A DNA stretch of 63,648 nt, filler included, from Intoshia linei (taxonomy: Eukaryota; Animalia; Orthonectida), in the NCBI GenBank assembly GCA_001642005.1. It is 7 parts of 7 records of this genome, joined end to end, with 100 filler letters (N's around TTAATTAATTAA, not from the genome) between each part and the next. Parts side by side here need not be neighbours in the genome. Positions count along the whole stretch, not along the records: positions 51,637 to 58,751 come from LWCA01001594.1; positions 58,852 to 60,550 come from LWCA01002524.1; positions 60,651 to 62,050 come from LWCA01002638.1; positions 62,151 to 63,648 come from LWCA01002595.1; 3 more parts are not named here. One strand, given 5' to 3'. Below, one piece after another: positions 51,637 to 63,648 of the stretch (the first letter of the stretch is position 1; the number at the start of each line of letters is the position of its first letter). The notes under the pieces are model-generated. The model was not told the DNA's origin and made no database searches. It saw only the letters and a program-made list of their open reading frames with translations. Both the position numbers and the translations under genes were made by a program.

Positions 51637-51900
51637 TCGATATTTCCTTAACTGATATACCTTCATTGAGCATTCTAATTATCTCTAATTGTTCGTTTAA
51701 TGTGATAGTTTTTTTTAATTATTTTGAAATTTAAATCAATTTAATGTTATTATTACAATGTCAATAATTGTGAGCAATAAAATATTCACTCAAATTCATA
51801 TCACATTATGTTATGCTTGCATGCATTACGTAAATACTTATCTAAATAAATCTCTACTAACGAAACATTTTCAAAAAGTTATCGACTAAACTTGTCTCTA
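51637..51900 (-). mobile_element. Tigger/pogo transposase 5' remnant (psq-type HTH)
   Basis: The minus strand reads KKTITLNEQLEIIRMLNEGISVKEIS. A similar remnant, LKILKDINSGMKPSELSN, is at 60497-60550. Confidence 0.6.
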
Positions 51901-52210
51901 CTATATATACTCTACTTGTATTCATGTTAGAATCTGTTAAGTATTATGTACTGTTATTTATTATTATTTAATTGAAAATTACTGTAACAGGGCATGTAGA
52001 ACACAATCTAAATTATTATTATTATTTGAATTCAAAGGTAACCTAATCTTTTTTGATCCATTGTTATCTATACTGTCTCAAGTAATATACATTTACACAA
52101 TGTTAATAAAAACAACTACAATAAACGTAAGTTATTGTGTACACTGTACAGTGTATAGTGGGCTAGCTATTTACATGTTTGACACATAATTTTCACATTA
52201 TACATTGTAA

Positions 52211-52960
52211 CTAGGTTGATGTTATGTACTACGTACAAACAGGACCTAGCTCTGCCGAGAGCACATTTTTATTATACCAAAAAAATAAATTTATGTTGAA
52301 AATCTAACTTAAAAATCCTACTATTCACTAGTATCAATATTTTATAAGAGTGGTTCCCAAACTTGTTAAAGGTGGAACCGTCATATCACATTACTTTTTA
52401 CTTTAAAGTGAATTATTTCATCTTAATTTTTTTTGTTAACATTTGCGTAAAAAATTTTAAAATTAGAATAAGAATTGTTATCCCATTTTTAAAATTTATT
52501 AGACAAAATGTGTGTATAATATTAAAAATAAAGTAAAAACAGTCCAATCCTAAAAATTGTCATAAATTCCAGAAAAAATTATAAAAACCTATTTTGTCAA
52601 TTTCAATGTGATGATACAATGTGTATCGGTCATTTGAAAGAGTATTTTGAAAACGTCTATAGAATTATTGCATAAATAACTGAATTTGAACGTAAAAACC
52701 ACAAAAATCGAGCTAGAATCAAATTTTAAAAATTGAAATGTATAGTTAAGCGTGGGTGTTAACACCATAAAAAATAAACCATGACAACTGACAACAATGT
52801 TGTTTTTGCAAAAAATAAAATTAAATTTAAATTTTTCTATACTATTTTCAAAAGGATATTTAAAATGATGAGCGCAACTCGAATCGGCATCTTTGCAACA
52901 AGCCATACTAGATTATTTTATATATCATGATAATACACCATTTCCGCACTAACCACCCTT
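52211..52960 (-). mobile_element. Helitron-like 3' part joined to additional repeat sequence
   Basis: 52211-52503 is the reverse complement of 1-260 plus the terminal segment, and ends CTAG|T. The upper boundary (TTAA GGGTGGTTAG) is tentative. Confidence 0.6.
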
Positions 52961-53265
52961 AATTCTTTGATGGGTGTGACACCCTAATATTCAGTACCAA
53001 TTTAATAAATACTCAAAAATACCAATTATGTATCAATAATTATTATTATAATTAACCAAATCTTCACTTTATAAACATATTTCAGTCGAATTTTACCAAA
53101 ATTTCAAAGGATTGTAACAAATATAAAAATAATACTAACAAAGTTGTATTACTTTTAGTTTCGTTGTTGTAGTTTCTATTTAAATTTTATTAAAAATTTT
53201 TGAAAATGAGAATTTGAAATTTAAAAATTGCGTTGCAATGAAAAAAATTCCGAAGGAATGAATTA

Positions 53266-53807
53266 CAGACAAATTTAAATGAACAGTAAATTAACTTTAT
53301 TTAGCAGTAACATTACTTCAATTCACAGTACTTTTGAAAAATTTTATTACAGTAATTATTTTAAATAAACAATAACAGTAATGATAATTAATTATGAATC
53401 ATCACCGTAAATAAAATAAGTTAAAATGAACATCACACCCTAAAATTTTTATTCGTATTGGTGTTCCAACACTGTGAATACAAGCATAACGTTTGAGGTA
53501 TGATACACATGTACATAAAGTCATTCTCCAATTGATATAGTCTATCTTGATACACACTGTATTTTTAATCGTTTTCGAGTAGTCAGCAAAATTATCAAAC
53601 GATAAAGTGGTAGTTTTTCTGTCATATTCTTCAACAGTATTAATATTCAGTGATTCGAAATCTTGGAATTTAAAATTTAAAAATTTAAAATATTAAATTT
53701 CATTCAGCAAGATTAATTTTAATGTTACTGCTAAATGAAGTTAATTTACTGTAATAAAAATTAACTGCTAAATGTACCTAAATTTACTGTTAGTTTAAAT
53801 GTATCCC
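53266..53807. repeat. Inverted-repeat element with CAGTAAATTAAC/AGCAGTAACATTA subrepeats
   Basis: 53270-53315 is mirrored by 53720-53803. Confidence 0.55.
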
Positions 53808-54399
53808 AATGAATTATATAGATTTTCATCCATATTTCTTTATTGGAAATGTGTAGATGTTTAATGCACATTTTTTTTTAAATGGTACGATAAATATTTA
53901 CATTTTCAATTTTTATTTTAATGGAAATATTTGAAAAATATTGGTTGATTATATTAAAAATTATTTTTCATCGGAAATGCGTAGATTTTTCGTTAAATCA
54001 TATAATTAAATAAATCATCATTTGTTCAATAAATTTAAATGAATTACTACCAATATTAAGTGTTTACATTTAAAATTTTTTAAAAAAATCGACAAGTACA
54101 CGTTGATAGCTTCCATTTCTGATTGTTATAACATACTTCATATTTTTGGAACATTTTTTCCATATAGCCATCAAATATATTTTCATTTATTTCCAATATT
54201 TATTATTTGTGATTTTTCATAATCGCTTAAAATTTATTTTATTATATGTCCCGGAAAAAACTGTAATTAAAATGGACTTTATAAAATTCTAAGATTGGTA
54301 GTTATTTCAATAAAGTGCAACACACACACACGTATATAATTATATAAGTAAGGATTATAATTTTATTTTTTCCGAAATTGAAGCTATTTGTAACAAAGT

Positions 54400-54725
54400 T
54401 TAGGATTTACTGTTTTGACTTTATTTTTAGGATTATACACTCATTCTATCTAATAAATTAAATAAATGGGATCACAAGATTGTTTTTAACATTCCTTACA
54501 AAAATGTTAACCAAATAAAATTAAGTGGGAATAATTAATTTTTTTTAATTAAAAGGTAATGTGAAATTCAAGTTTATGAACCACTTCTTTAAATAATTGA
54601 TAATAGTAAATGTAACATTTTTAATTAATATTTTATTATTGAATTTATTTTTTGGTAGGATTAAAAAGTTTGCCCTCAGCAGAACTAGCATGCTCTTTGT
54701 AAAAAGTACATCACAATCAAACTAG
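54400..54725 (+). mobile_element. Older, diverged copy of the Helitron-like 3' part
   Basis: Aligns to 1-400 with many substitutions and ends CTAG|T. Confidence 0.6.
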
Positions 54726-54883
54726 TCATAACTAAAGGTCAGCTGAAAATGTAATTATTTACATTATATGATTATTGTATATTGAATCTATATCATAAAT
54801 ACTAAAAACTTTGTAATTAAACCACATTACATTACACAAGGTTAAAACTTGGGCATATATTTAGAAATATAAGAATATGATAA

Positions 54884-55620
54884 TGCTGTTTGATGAAATT
54901 TGGAACTATAAATTCGATGGGATTTACACAATATATTTTATGTTGGTTAGACGAAAAGATTAATCTATACTTTAGCAAAACATCAAAAACTATTCAAACA
55001 GAATTCAACCGAAAATTATGACTCGCCTTGATTTATATAACAAGTACATTTTTTATTATAACTATTACATTATGACTATAACTGTAGTTGATTTATCAAT
55101 ATACTACGATGCTTTCATGATTCAAGGTGTTAACAGAACAAGAAAAGAAAAATATTGGAATCTTGCACTATATACCTACTTGTACCAATCATCATTGCAA
55201 CAAGTTTTATCAATTTGAATACATTTATTGTGGAAATTATTTTAATGTCTGGAATTTTTTTGAATTTTAAAGTATTTTATGAAAATCAACTTTGTCAAAT
55301 TATCTATAAATCTATTATGACCGTTTTGATTATATTTGAAATAGGCATTCTAGTTAAATTGATGTATTTACCGGGTGAGTTCTCAATGGTATTACAATAT
55401 TTTCAAAGAAAAAATTCCAAAGTGACAAATAAATATAAACCAAATCCTTTAAACATTTACCGTGCAAATCAATCTCATTATAAATATTCAAATAAGAGAA
55501 ATTACAAACAAACTTGATTATATTATTTTGTTTTACCATCATTGATATTATATTGATAATTTCAATGATTATCAATTATAAAAAACATATTTCATTTAAC
55601 ACAAATGAGGTTGCAGTATC
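54884..55620 (+). pseudogene. Possible highly degenerate Cys-loop receptor-like or multi-TM pseudogene
   Basis: Broken frames give CLMKFGT, YYDAFMIQGVNR..IYLLVPIIIATSFINL and further hydrophobic segments ending in an M4-like LIILFCFTIIDIILIISMII. Confidence 0.3.
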
Positions 55621-56673
55621 AAATACAGATACATAATATGATTTCTTTGCAATTATTCTCTAACCAAACAAATAATCCTTTGAACCAATCAGGTTAAACA
55701 TCTCGATATGAATATAATTTATTTATAATTTGTCAATAAATTTCAAAACTTAATGCACATACAATAAACATGTTGTCTACATTATGTAAGTCTTATATCA
55801 TTTATAACAGCCGTGTCAAACACAAATACGTGGAGGATATAAGTATAAATAAAGTACAATGTGGTAGGTTTATTACATCTCTCTGTTCAGCCCATGGCAT
55901 AGTCTCTGAATCTACTAGGAAGAGGTGTCTTTCGAGGAATAAACATTTTATCTTGTTTATTGAGGAATGGGTGTACCGGATTGTTTTTTTGTAATTGTTC
56001 CAATGTTTATTAGATTTTTGTATCCTTTTATCAAAAATTTTTTTAACACGTGCTTAATGCGCTTTTTTGGTGGTTTGAATTATTTTATGGAGATTAGTAA
56101 AATAATAATAAGACAAATCAAACAATTTTTACGATGTATAAATTTATTCTAATTGAATTTTATTATGAGTTTAAAATTTTGTACTGTTTTTTTTAAAGAT
56201 AGATTTTGACTGATAATTTATTATTGACATTTTATATGAATATCGAATATGAACCATGATATGATATCGAACTTAAATTATAAAAATGATATTATTTACA
56301 TGTTAAAATGTGTTATTAATTTATGTTAAAAATATAATTTTTTTAAATTTTCTAGGGTCTGCGGTCTGTGTGTGTTGCACACTTTGCACACTATGACGCT
56401 ATGCCACTGGTACAGATAAATATCAACGTAATTATGTTGATTTTCTCATAAAAAGGAGAACAGTTCTACCAAACGTTGGTTTTATATGAGCATTAGGTTG
56501 TGTACTTTTTTAAAGAACAAAAAGTATATAAAAATTAATTTACATACATTATATTACCATAATTTAAATATAAAATATCATCAAATAATTCAGGGGTTAT
56601 TCCTTGTCTCCGGTCTGAGAGGACGAGTTGGCTTTACTGAAAAATTCTTAATAATTTAAATAGAATTTAAGTA

Positions 56674-57340
56674 CAGTGGTAATTCGATCGTAAGTAATTG
56701 CATAATAAATTTCTACAATAATTAATTAATTTACTTCTAATAACCAATTCTTGAGATTGGTCAAGAAAATCTTACTGAAGATCTTGCAATTAATCAATCT
56801 TTTGAAAGTTTACCCAATGATGTTATAGATGGGTTCCGCGAATTTTTGATGGATGACGACAATTCAATGCCTGATGTCGACACTGAGTCGGAATGTAGTT
56901 TTGAAATTGCAGAGTCAACGGAATCTAGCTATAAACAGGAAACTATCAAGTTGGCATTGGATCACGTTCAATCTCTGATTAAGTTATCTCAAGAACTTGA
57001 TATGGACTCAGAGATTAGTTTTTTGAATGATTACAAAAATAAATTAAAAATTTAATGTTAATAAATCTTTGTTTAAAAATTAGTTAATTAAATTTATCAT
57101 TAACGCAATTTTTATTGGTTTTTATATTTTATAGCTTTAAGTGTAATAAATATTATATTACTAAAAAATCGTTGACACCAACTGTAAAGTCTAACATTAT
57201 TAATACATTTAATGTATAATATTTTTATTTATCAAACAGTAAATAAATTTAATTTATAATTCATATTACCTAGAAATTTAAAGTTACTTTTATAATTTTG
57301 ATGTATGTATGAACGAGTGTTTTTACGATCGAATATAATT
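56674..57340 (+). mobile_element. pogo/Tigger-like remnant with acidic transposase C-terminus
   Basis: TA|CAGTGGTAATTCGATCGTAA left end, TTACGATCGAAT near 57325, and an acidic ORF at 56846-57055. Confidence 0.45.
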
Positions 57341-57791
57341 TAATTTACTCATGTTTACACATTTAGTTTATTAGGTTACATAATTACACATGTATTAATT
57401 TTTTTCAAATTGTCAATAATTCGCTAGCAATTATTTTATGACGGGCATGGTTGTAATTATAATTTGTTGTCTTTAAGATGATACACTCATTGTCTAATAA
57501 ATTAAAAAGTCGCCCTTAGGCAGACCTAGCTGCTGTTTGTACGAAGTACATAACAGTCAAGCGAATATTAAATAAAAACACGCTCGTTTTTATGAAATTT
57601 ATCATTGATTTTGAAAAAATTTAACATTTTTATTTAATATTTTTGCTGATACGGACAGGAATGCGGCTATATTCCAAATGATACATATAATAGTTAATGA
57701 AATAATTTATTTCAATAAATTTATATTTCCAATACTTGTATCACGTCATATTTAACAATATATTTAAAAATTAAAACAAAAGAATGAACAA

Positions 57792-57967
57792 TTATTTTTC
57801 AGAAAAACCTTCATTTTCAGTAATTAAAGCTCTTTCTAAAATAATACGTCCTTCTTTATATCTTTGATTTTCATCGTTGGCAAATTCGTAGAACCATCCC
57901 AACTTAGCTTTACAGTTAATACAAGACGCGTCACGTACAATATGTCTACCGGTTAACATTACTCTAT
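57792..57967 (-). CDS. YPEL5: Yippee-like protein 5, terminal exon only
   Basis: [55 protein letters not shown], preceded by a TTTAG acceptor. Confidence 0.92.
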
Positions 57968-58438
57968 CTAAATAAAAACTAAATACCATAATTTGAAAGA
58001 TTCCTCAGGACATCTCCTCAACAAGGAGTCCTTAAACTATGCGACATAATTTTTTGACGCAGTCACCATTCATTTTATCTGCAATAAATACAAAATATAT
58101 GTAAATCAAAAAATTAATGGAATGTAGTATTCCTCAAATTTCAAAAATGTTCAACTTTAGAACATTTACGTTGAAATTATTTAGCCCATTGAAAAATTTA
58201 ACAATAATATTTCGAAAAAAAATTAAAAAAAAATTTTCAAGAAAGTTACAATCAACTACTTTAGAAAAAATACCAGCCCAACTTACAAACAATGTCAATG
58301 ACCATACAAATTACGAACATAACTGCGTCAGAATAGTCTAGAACGGTTAACTCAGCATGTTGTAACGATTTTAAAATGTATATCAAAATATTTAAAACAC
58401 AACTGAGTGAATGACCATTAATACTTACTTATATAATA

Positions 58439-58751
58439 CTGGGTTGACTGTTATGTACTATGTACAAACAGCACCTAGCTCTGCCAAGGGTACATTTTTA
58501 TTATACCAAAAAAATAAATCCACGTTATAAATCTAACTTAAAAATCCTACTATTCACTATTGTCAATCCTTTAAAAGAGTGGTTCTCAAATTTGTTTCAG
58601 GTGGAACCATCATATCACATTACTTTTTACTTTAAAGTGAATTATTCCACTTAATTTTTTGTTTGTTAATATTTAAAAATAAAGTAAAAACAGTCACAAA
58701 TAGCATAAATTCTAGAAAAAATAAAATTATAAAAACCTATTTTGTCATTTT
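58439..58751 (-). mobile_element. Helitron-like 3' part
   Basis: Reverse-complement copy of the family, ending in hairpin plus CCAG|T. Confidence 0.7.
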
Positions 58752-59989
58752 NNNNNNNNNNNNNNNNNNNNNNNNNNNNNNNNNNNNNNNNNNNNTTAAT
58801 TAATTAANNNNNNNNNNNNNNNNNNNNNNNNNNNNNNNNNNNNNNNNNNNNTTAATTTCATCTACTCATTAGTGAATTAGTAACCACAGAATATGTAAAA
58901 AGCAAATATTATAGTCTATTGAACAACACTGTATAATTTGGTGTTATTAAACATTTATTGAACCTTGCTACAATTATATTTAAAATTGAACTGAATCAAA
59001 TTAACCTAAACTCAATCACATAAATTAACAAATTCCACGAAGCTAAGACAAGTTAAATCTATCACCAATCTAATAATTCCATTTTCTACATCAAGAATTC
59101 TTGTTAAATAGTAAATTCAAGCTTGATTAATCTACTTAGTGTCTTAATTATTTATTTCATAATATATAAAGGTCATTCAGATGTAATTTCTTCACCTAAT
59201 ACAAAAAACATCTCTCATAATAACCATATTCAACCCCAATCAATCGTAAATCATTCAGCAAAGACTACTAATACAGATTCTAAGTACGAAAAAAAAGTCT
59301 AGAATTATAACAAAGAGACTGAATATTATTTAAACATATACTCATTAAAAGACAACAAAGAAAACTCCAATCAGCCAGATCAAAATTCTCATCATCTCAT
59401 CTAAGCAAAGATGCTGTGTCAAATCCTGTACAAATTACGGCTACAAAACAACAGGAAATAGATGGTTAAAAATAGGAAATATGATTGGATGCATACTATG
59501 TGCAGACTAAAGTGTCAATCTGTTAAATGATACATCTCAAGATGTTATAGCGAAATCAAACAGTGATGAATTCCAAGATTTATTACTGTTTTGTGAAATT
59601 CATTAGACATCTCTAAGATAAGCCATCATGTATCCAATCTGTTATTAACTTAGTTAGTTCAAACCCATGAATTCACAAGAGAGTATATAATCATTAACAA
59701 TACCCTTCACTATATGCCATTTTCAAAACAATTAATCAACCTAATACACTGGAATAGAATGAAGTTAACAGTACAGTCAGAAGATAACAGATTCTGTTAT
59801 GATCCAACTCTATCTAGATGGGTTATCAAAAAAACAACAAAGAAAAACATCATTAAACAAACATGTCAGAGGGAACATCCTTTCTGATTCATACCGTCCG
59901 AAGACATTCTTATAGTCTTTTATGTAACCAATGACACTGATAACATCCTCGGACTTAAAGAATCTCTTAAATTTAATTCAAACACTATA

Positions 59990-60490
59990 ACTGACGCATA
60001 TCCTCCACTAAGTCTGAAATCGCGTTTGGAGATATTAGGCAATAAGTCTATATTTTCTATACTTGATCTATCAAGTGGTTTTGGCAAGTACCACTAGCCT
60101 CTGAGGACAGGCACAAAACAGCGTTTGCAACAGACTATGGAAAAAACTTTACCAATTCAAACGGATGCCATTTGGATTGTGCCGTGTACCTGCCACCTCT
60201 CAGAGGATGATGGATCATATATTAGGTCATTTGGATTATGTTATTGTCTACCTCGATGACACAATTATAGCATCAAGTAACTTGGTTCAGGACAAAACTC
60301 ACCTCGCTACTGTTTTAAACTGTATTCAATCAGCTGGTCTCACTCTTAAAGAAAAAAATGTAAAATCGGAATGGAAGAGATCAATGTACTGGGCTACCTA
60401 GTAAATGCAAATGGAATAAAAGTTGATAAAGGAAAAATTTTGGAATTATTGTGTCTTCCAATTCCATCTAATGTAAAACAATTACAGGTT
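59990..60490 (+). mobile_element. Second, more decayed Ty3/Gypsy RT
   Basis: DAYPPL, LDLSSG, RMPFGL and YLDD, with frameshifts. Confidence 0.88.
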
Positions 60491-60650
60491 CATTGTCTGA
60501 AAATTTTAAAGGATATTAATAGTGGAATGAAACCATCTGAATTATCTAATNNNNNNNNNNNNNNNNNNNNNNNNNNNNNNNNNNNNNNNNNNNNTTAATT
60601 AATTAANNNNNNNNNNNNNNNNNNNNNNNNNNNNNNNNNNNNNNNNNNNN

Positions 60651-60781
60651 AGATTGCCAAAAGTTCTTTATCTACGGTGCTGTATCGTACCTGTGTTGTA
60701 TTAACAGTTTTACTTGAGTATGCTATGACGTGGTTGCCTTGCCGTAAGGTTTCTCCCATACCTTGATGTGACGCATCGGTC
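60651..60781 (-). mobile_element. Gypsy RNase H fragment closely similar to 17840-17970
   Basis: The reverse complement gives TDASHQGMGETLRQGNHVIAYSSKTVNTTQVRYSTVDKELLAI. Confidence 0.85.
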
Positions 60782-61741
60782 TATCATCGCACTTTATAAA
60801 TTAAAAAGTTCAACCCGAAAAATCTACGCATTCTCAATAAAAAATAATTTTTAATATATTATCAACATATATATTTCGAAATCATATTTAGTGTTCATTA
60901 TGATTATTTATCATTGATAACATTCTCAATTTAGAATGCAAATCTTTATTACCTAATTGTATGGAATGTTCATCGAGGACTTATAAATTCTCATCAGAAA
61001 TCGATTGCATTGATTGTCTTAAATATTATAAACCATGGAATGGTAAATGTGTAGGTATGTAAATAATTATATAAAGTTACATTTTCATTATATAAGTTAA
61101 TAAAGTTACATAATAAAACAAGTGATTTTAAAGTACATTTTTTTGAAATATAAATATGGTTATATCAAAAAGTATTTACATTAACTTGCTATTTAACAAG
61201 TCATTTTAATTTTATATGACATAAATTAATATAGTATTATTATTAAAATGCCAAAATTTTCTAAAAGTCGATCTGAAAAGATATCAATTTGAAAAAAAAT
61301 ATATTGCAAAATAGAAATTTACTTTTGCCAATTTGAAGTTTATATTTTTTAATTAAAAAATTTTTATAAAGTTGCATAATTTTTTTTCATAACTTACAAT
61401 TTTTTTATTTTATAGGTTAAAAATAAACTGCCCTACTAATAACGTTTCATCTTATTTTTTCATTCATTTGTATATTTATTTAACAAATTAAATATTATAT
61501 TAAAGTTATTGGTATAGTAAATGCACTTTGTGCTGAATATGATATGAAAATGTAAATTCGAATACAAATTGTACTAAGAAAATTGGGTCAAAATTTTAAA
61601 AAACGTGTTAAATTCATATTTCACCACTTTAATTGGTGAATTAAGACACAAAAAAATACCGCGTTAACCGAATTTTACAAAAAACTCTTGACAATTCTTC
61701 ACAAATGTGGTTTTCTCACTTTTTTCTGAGAGAAATCTGAT

Positions 61742-62050
61742 ATGATATTATCAAAACTGATATCATTCTCAATTGACATTAAGGACAGCGCATTCAAACG
61801 AGGTTGAGTTAAGCAATTTCGAATTTCATTCTTTAATTATTTTTAGTTTAGAAAAAGTTCAAACTTCAATAAACTTCAAAACTTATAAACTGATTCTTAA
61901 NTGATATAATATTATCAAAACTGATATCATTCTCAATTGACATTAAGGAGAGCGCATTCAAACGAGGTTGAGTTAAGCAATTTCGAAGTTCATTCTTTAA
62001 TTATTTTTAGTTTAGAAAAAGTTCAAACTTCAATAAACTTCAAAACTTAT
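61742..62050. repeat. ~150-bp near-identical tandem duplication separated by a single N
   Basis: 61743-61886 recurs at 61902-62050; likely an unmerged contig overlap. Confidence 0.8.
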
Positions 62051-62150
62051 NNNNNNNNNNNNNNNNNNNNNNNNNNNNNNNNNNNNNNNNNNNNTTAATT
62101 AATTAANNNNNNNNNNNNNNNNNNNNNNNNNNNNNNNNNNNNNNNNNNNN

Positions 62151-62420
62151 TTTGTGTGTGTGTTACCGTTTATTTCAATAACCACCAGTCTTATAATTTT
62201 ATAAACTCCACATTTCAATTACAGTTTTTATCCGGAAGTGTTCGCAAAATAAATTTTAACCTCCGAAACTCACATCTTACGGGTTAAAAACCCCAATTTT
62301 CATTTTTTTTGAAAATCAAACAAGCTGGTGAATTTAAAAAATTATTTTTTTAGTAGAATAAAAATGTGCCCTCGGCAAAGCTAGGTACTGTTTGTACGTA
62401 GTACATAACAGTCAACCTGG
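62151..62420 (+). mobile_element. Short Helitron-like copy linking the (GT)n 5' module to the hairpin-CTGG 3' end
   Basis: 62151-62340 matches 36195-36380, and 62355-62420 matches the family 3' end. Confidence 0.7.
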
Positions 62421-63556
62421 TAAAATTATAAAAATAATTGTCGATTGAAGTCAATTCATAATTTAGTAGATAAAAATGTGTACTGAAACCAGTGATATTC
62501 AACTAAAAAGCAATAATTTGCAATTCGATTGTCGAGGATAAGATAGTGTACTTTTTGCGAAAAAAATTTTTATATGTATGGGACATTAATTACACACTAA
62601 TGGCAAACAAATTCACATTTTATTGAATACATTAATAGTAAATAATAAGTCGAATAACGTACGATTAAATAAAATTAACATATTTTATTTTATTTAGCGA
62701 TAACATATTATTAGTGCTGGAAATCGATAAAAATTTTATCAATTAATTTTTTTAACAGTTTATATTTTATTTTCTGTGATATTTTGAGAAAATTTTTTTT
62801 TAAGAAAAAACACAATAAATTATAATATTGTATATTAAATTGTTAGTTTAGATTTTTTAATATTTTATGGATATATTATAGATAGATTTGATTTTTATCA
62901 AATAATTGAAAAACCCTACCCCAGTTGTAAAACCATGATCTAGTTAAAATGCATAATCTTTTAAAGTGAAACGATCCATTCTCAGTCATTTTTAGCTGAA
63001 AAAAAACCCCATTCGAAAGTGTATAATGTATATTGTAGTGTTCATATTAATTTATAATTTGAACACTGTCGAAAAACGGTACATACTGTGTACTACACAG
63101 CTGTTAATATTTACCTGGTTTAAACGTATTAAAATTTCTACTTACATTTGTAGTTTTATTTATATAATTTAACTACATTTTATAATTGTTAATACACACT
63201 AAAAATGAATATGTAATGAATCATCTGTATTTTATAGATATTATACAGTTTAAGCTAATTTTTTCGCAACCTTTTGCATCTCGCTACCCCAAAAATTTCA
63301 CGAGACTTCATTTATTGTAATTAATAATCGTGATTTCTCATCAAATTTAAAATATTGGAATCAAATCTAATACAATCCTTCATTGCATATACATTTTAAG
63401 TTATTCAATGAATTGAGATGAATGCATCCAATGTTGAATATATGGAACCCCGTAACTCCTTTTAGGTTTACGGGGGAATTTTGATCATTTATTACAGTGT
63501 TTTTCTAACTTTTTTCTATTGTACGTTAAGGTGTTAACATTTTGATTGATTTTTAG

Positions 63557-63648
63557 AAATTATCTAAATCCAGGGTCGTACGACATGATAAATAAGTAAG
63601 TTATCATCACTATTTGTGTATCTGTAGCCCTGGAATGGCGGGACTTTG
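63557..63648 (+). CDS. Possible exons of a gene running off the window
   Basis: TTAG|AAATTATCTAAATCCAGGG...AA|GTAAGT...TGTAG|CCCTGGAATG gives NYLNPGSYDMINNPGMAGL across a short intron. Confidence 0.35.

Noticed and set aside
52589-52906. 105-aa Cys-containing ORF, and 58460-58654
   Set aside because: They lie in or adjacent to dispersed repeat sequence and show no protein-family signal.
55770-56152. Tc1/mariner transposase remnant
   Set aside because: Only a faint resemblance on the minus strand, with no TIRs or catalytic motifs identified.
61742-62050. Biological tandem duplication
   Set aside because: The copies are separated by a single N next to a gap, which is typical of an unmerged overlap or haplotype.

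Overview
This is eukaryotic (metazoan), very AT-rich draft-assembly DNA, not prokaryotic. It consists of seven contigs joined by six identical artificial 100-nt spacers (N44-TTAATTAATTAA-N44). Genes are densely packed and split by many tiny (about 34-50 nt) GT-AG introns, plus a few large introns filled with transposon debris. This pattern suggests a compacted invertebrate genome such as the orthonectid Intoshia, which is an inference only. Recognisable genes: ASH2L, VDAC, TTLL4-type polyglutamylase, the N-terminal part of clathrin heavy chain, a calmodulin/troponin C-like EF-hand gene, an HCN channel, a basigin-like Ig membrane protein and the last exon of YPEL5/Yippee. There are also one or two Cys-loop receptor relics and several orphan ORFs. 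Mobile DNA: two decayed Ty3/Gypsy copies, a PGBD2/3-like piggyBac, a piggyBac MITE, hAT and pogo/Tigger MITEs, a foldback-like element and an abundant non-autonomous Helitron-like family. The most notable observation is that the piggyBac abuts the 3' half of a 5S rRNA gene exactly at the TTAA inside the conserved box A. This is what an insertion into 5S rDNA looks like and it is a candidate 5S-targeting, Pokey-like system, but the other junction is not visible. Exon boundaries were read by eye and no database searches were run.
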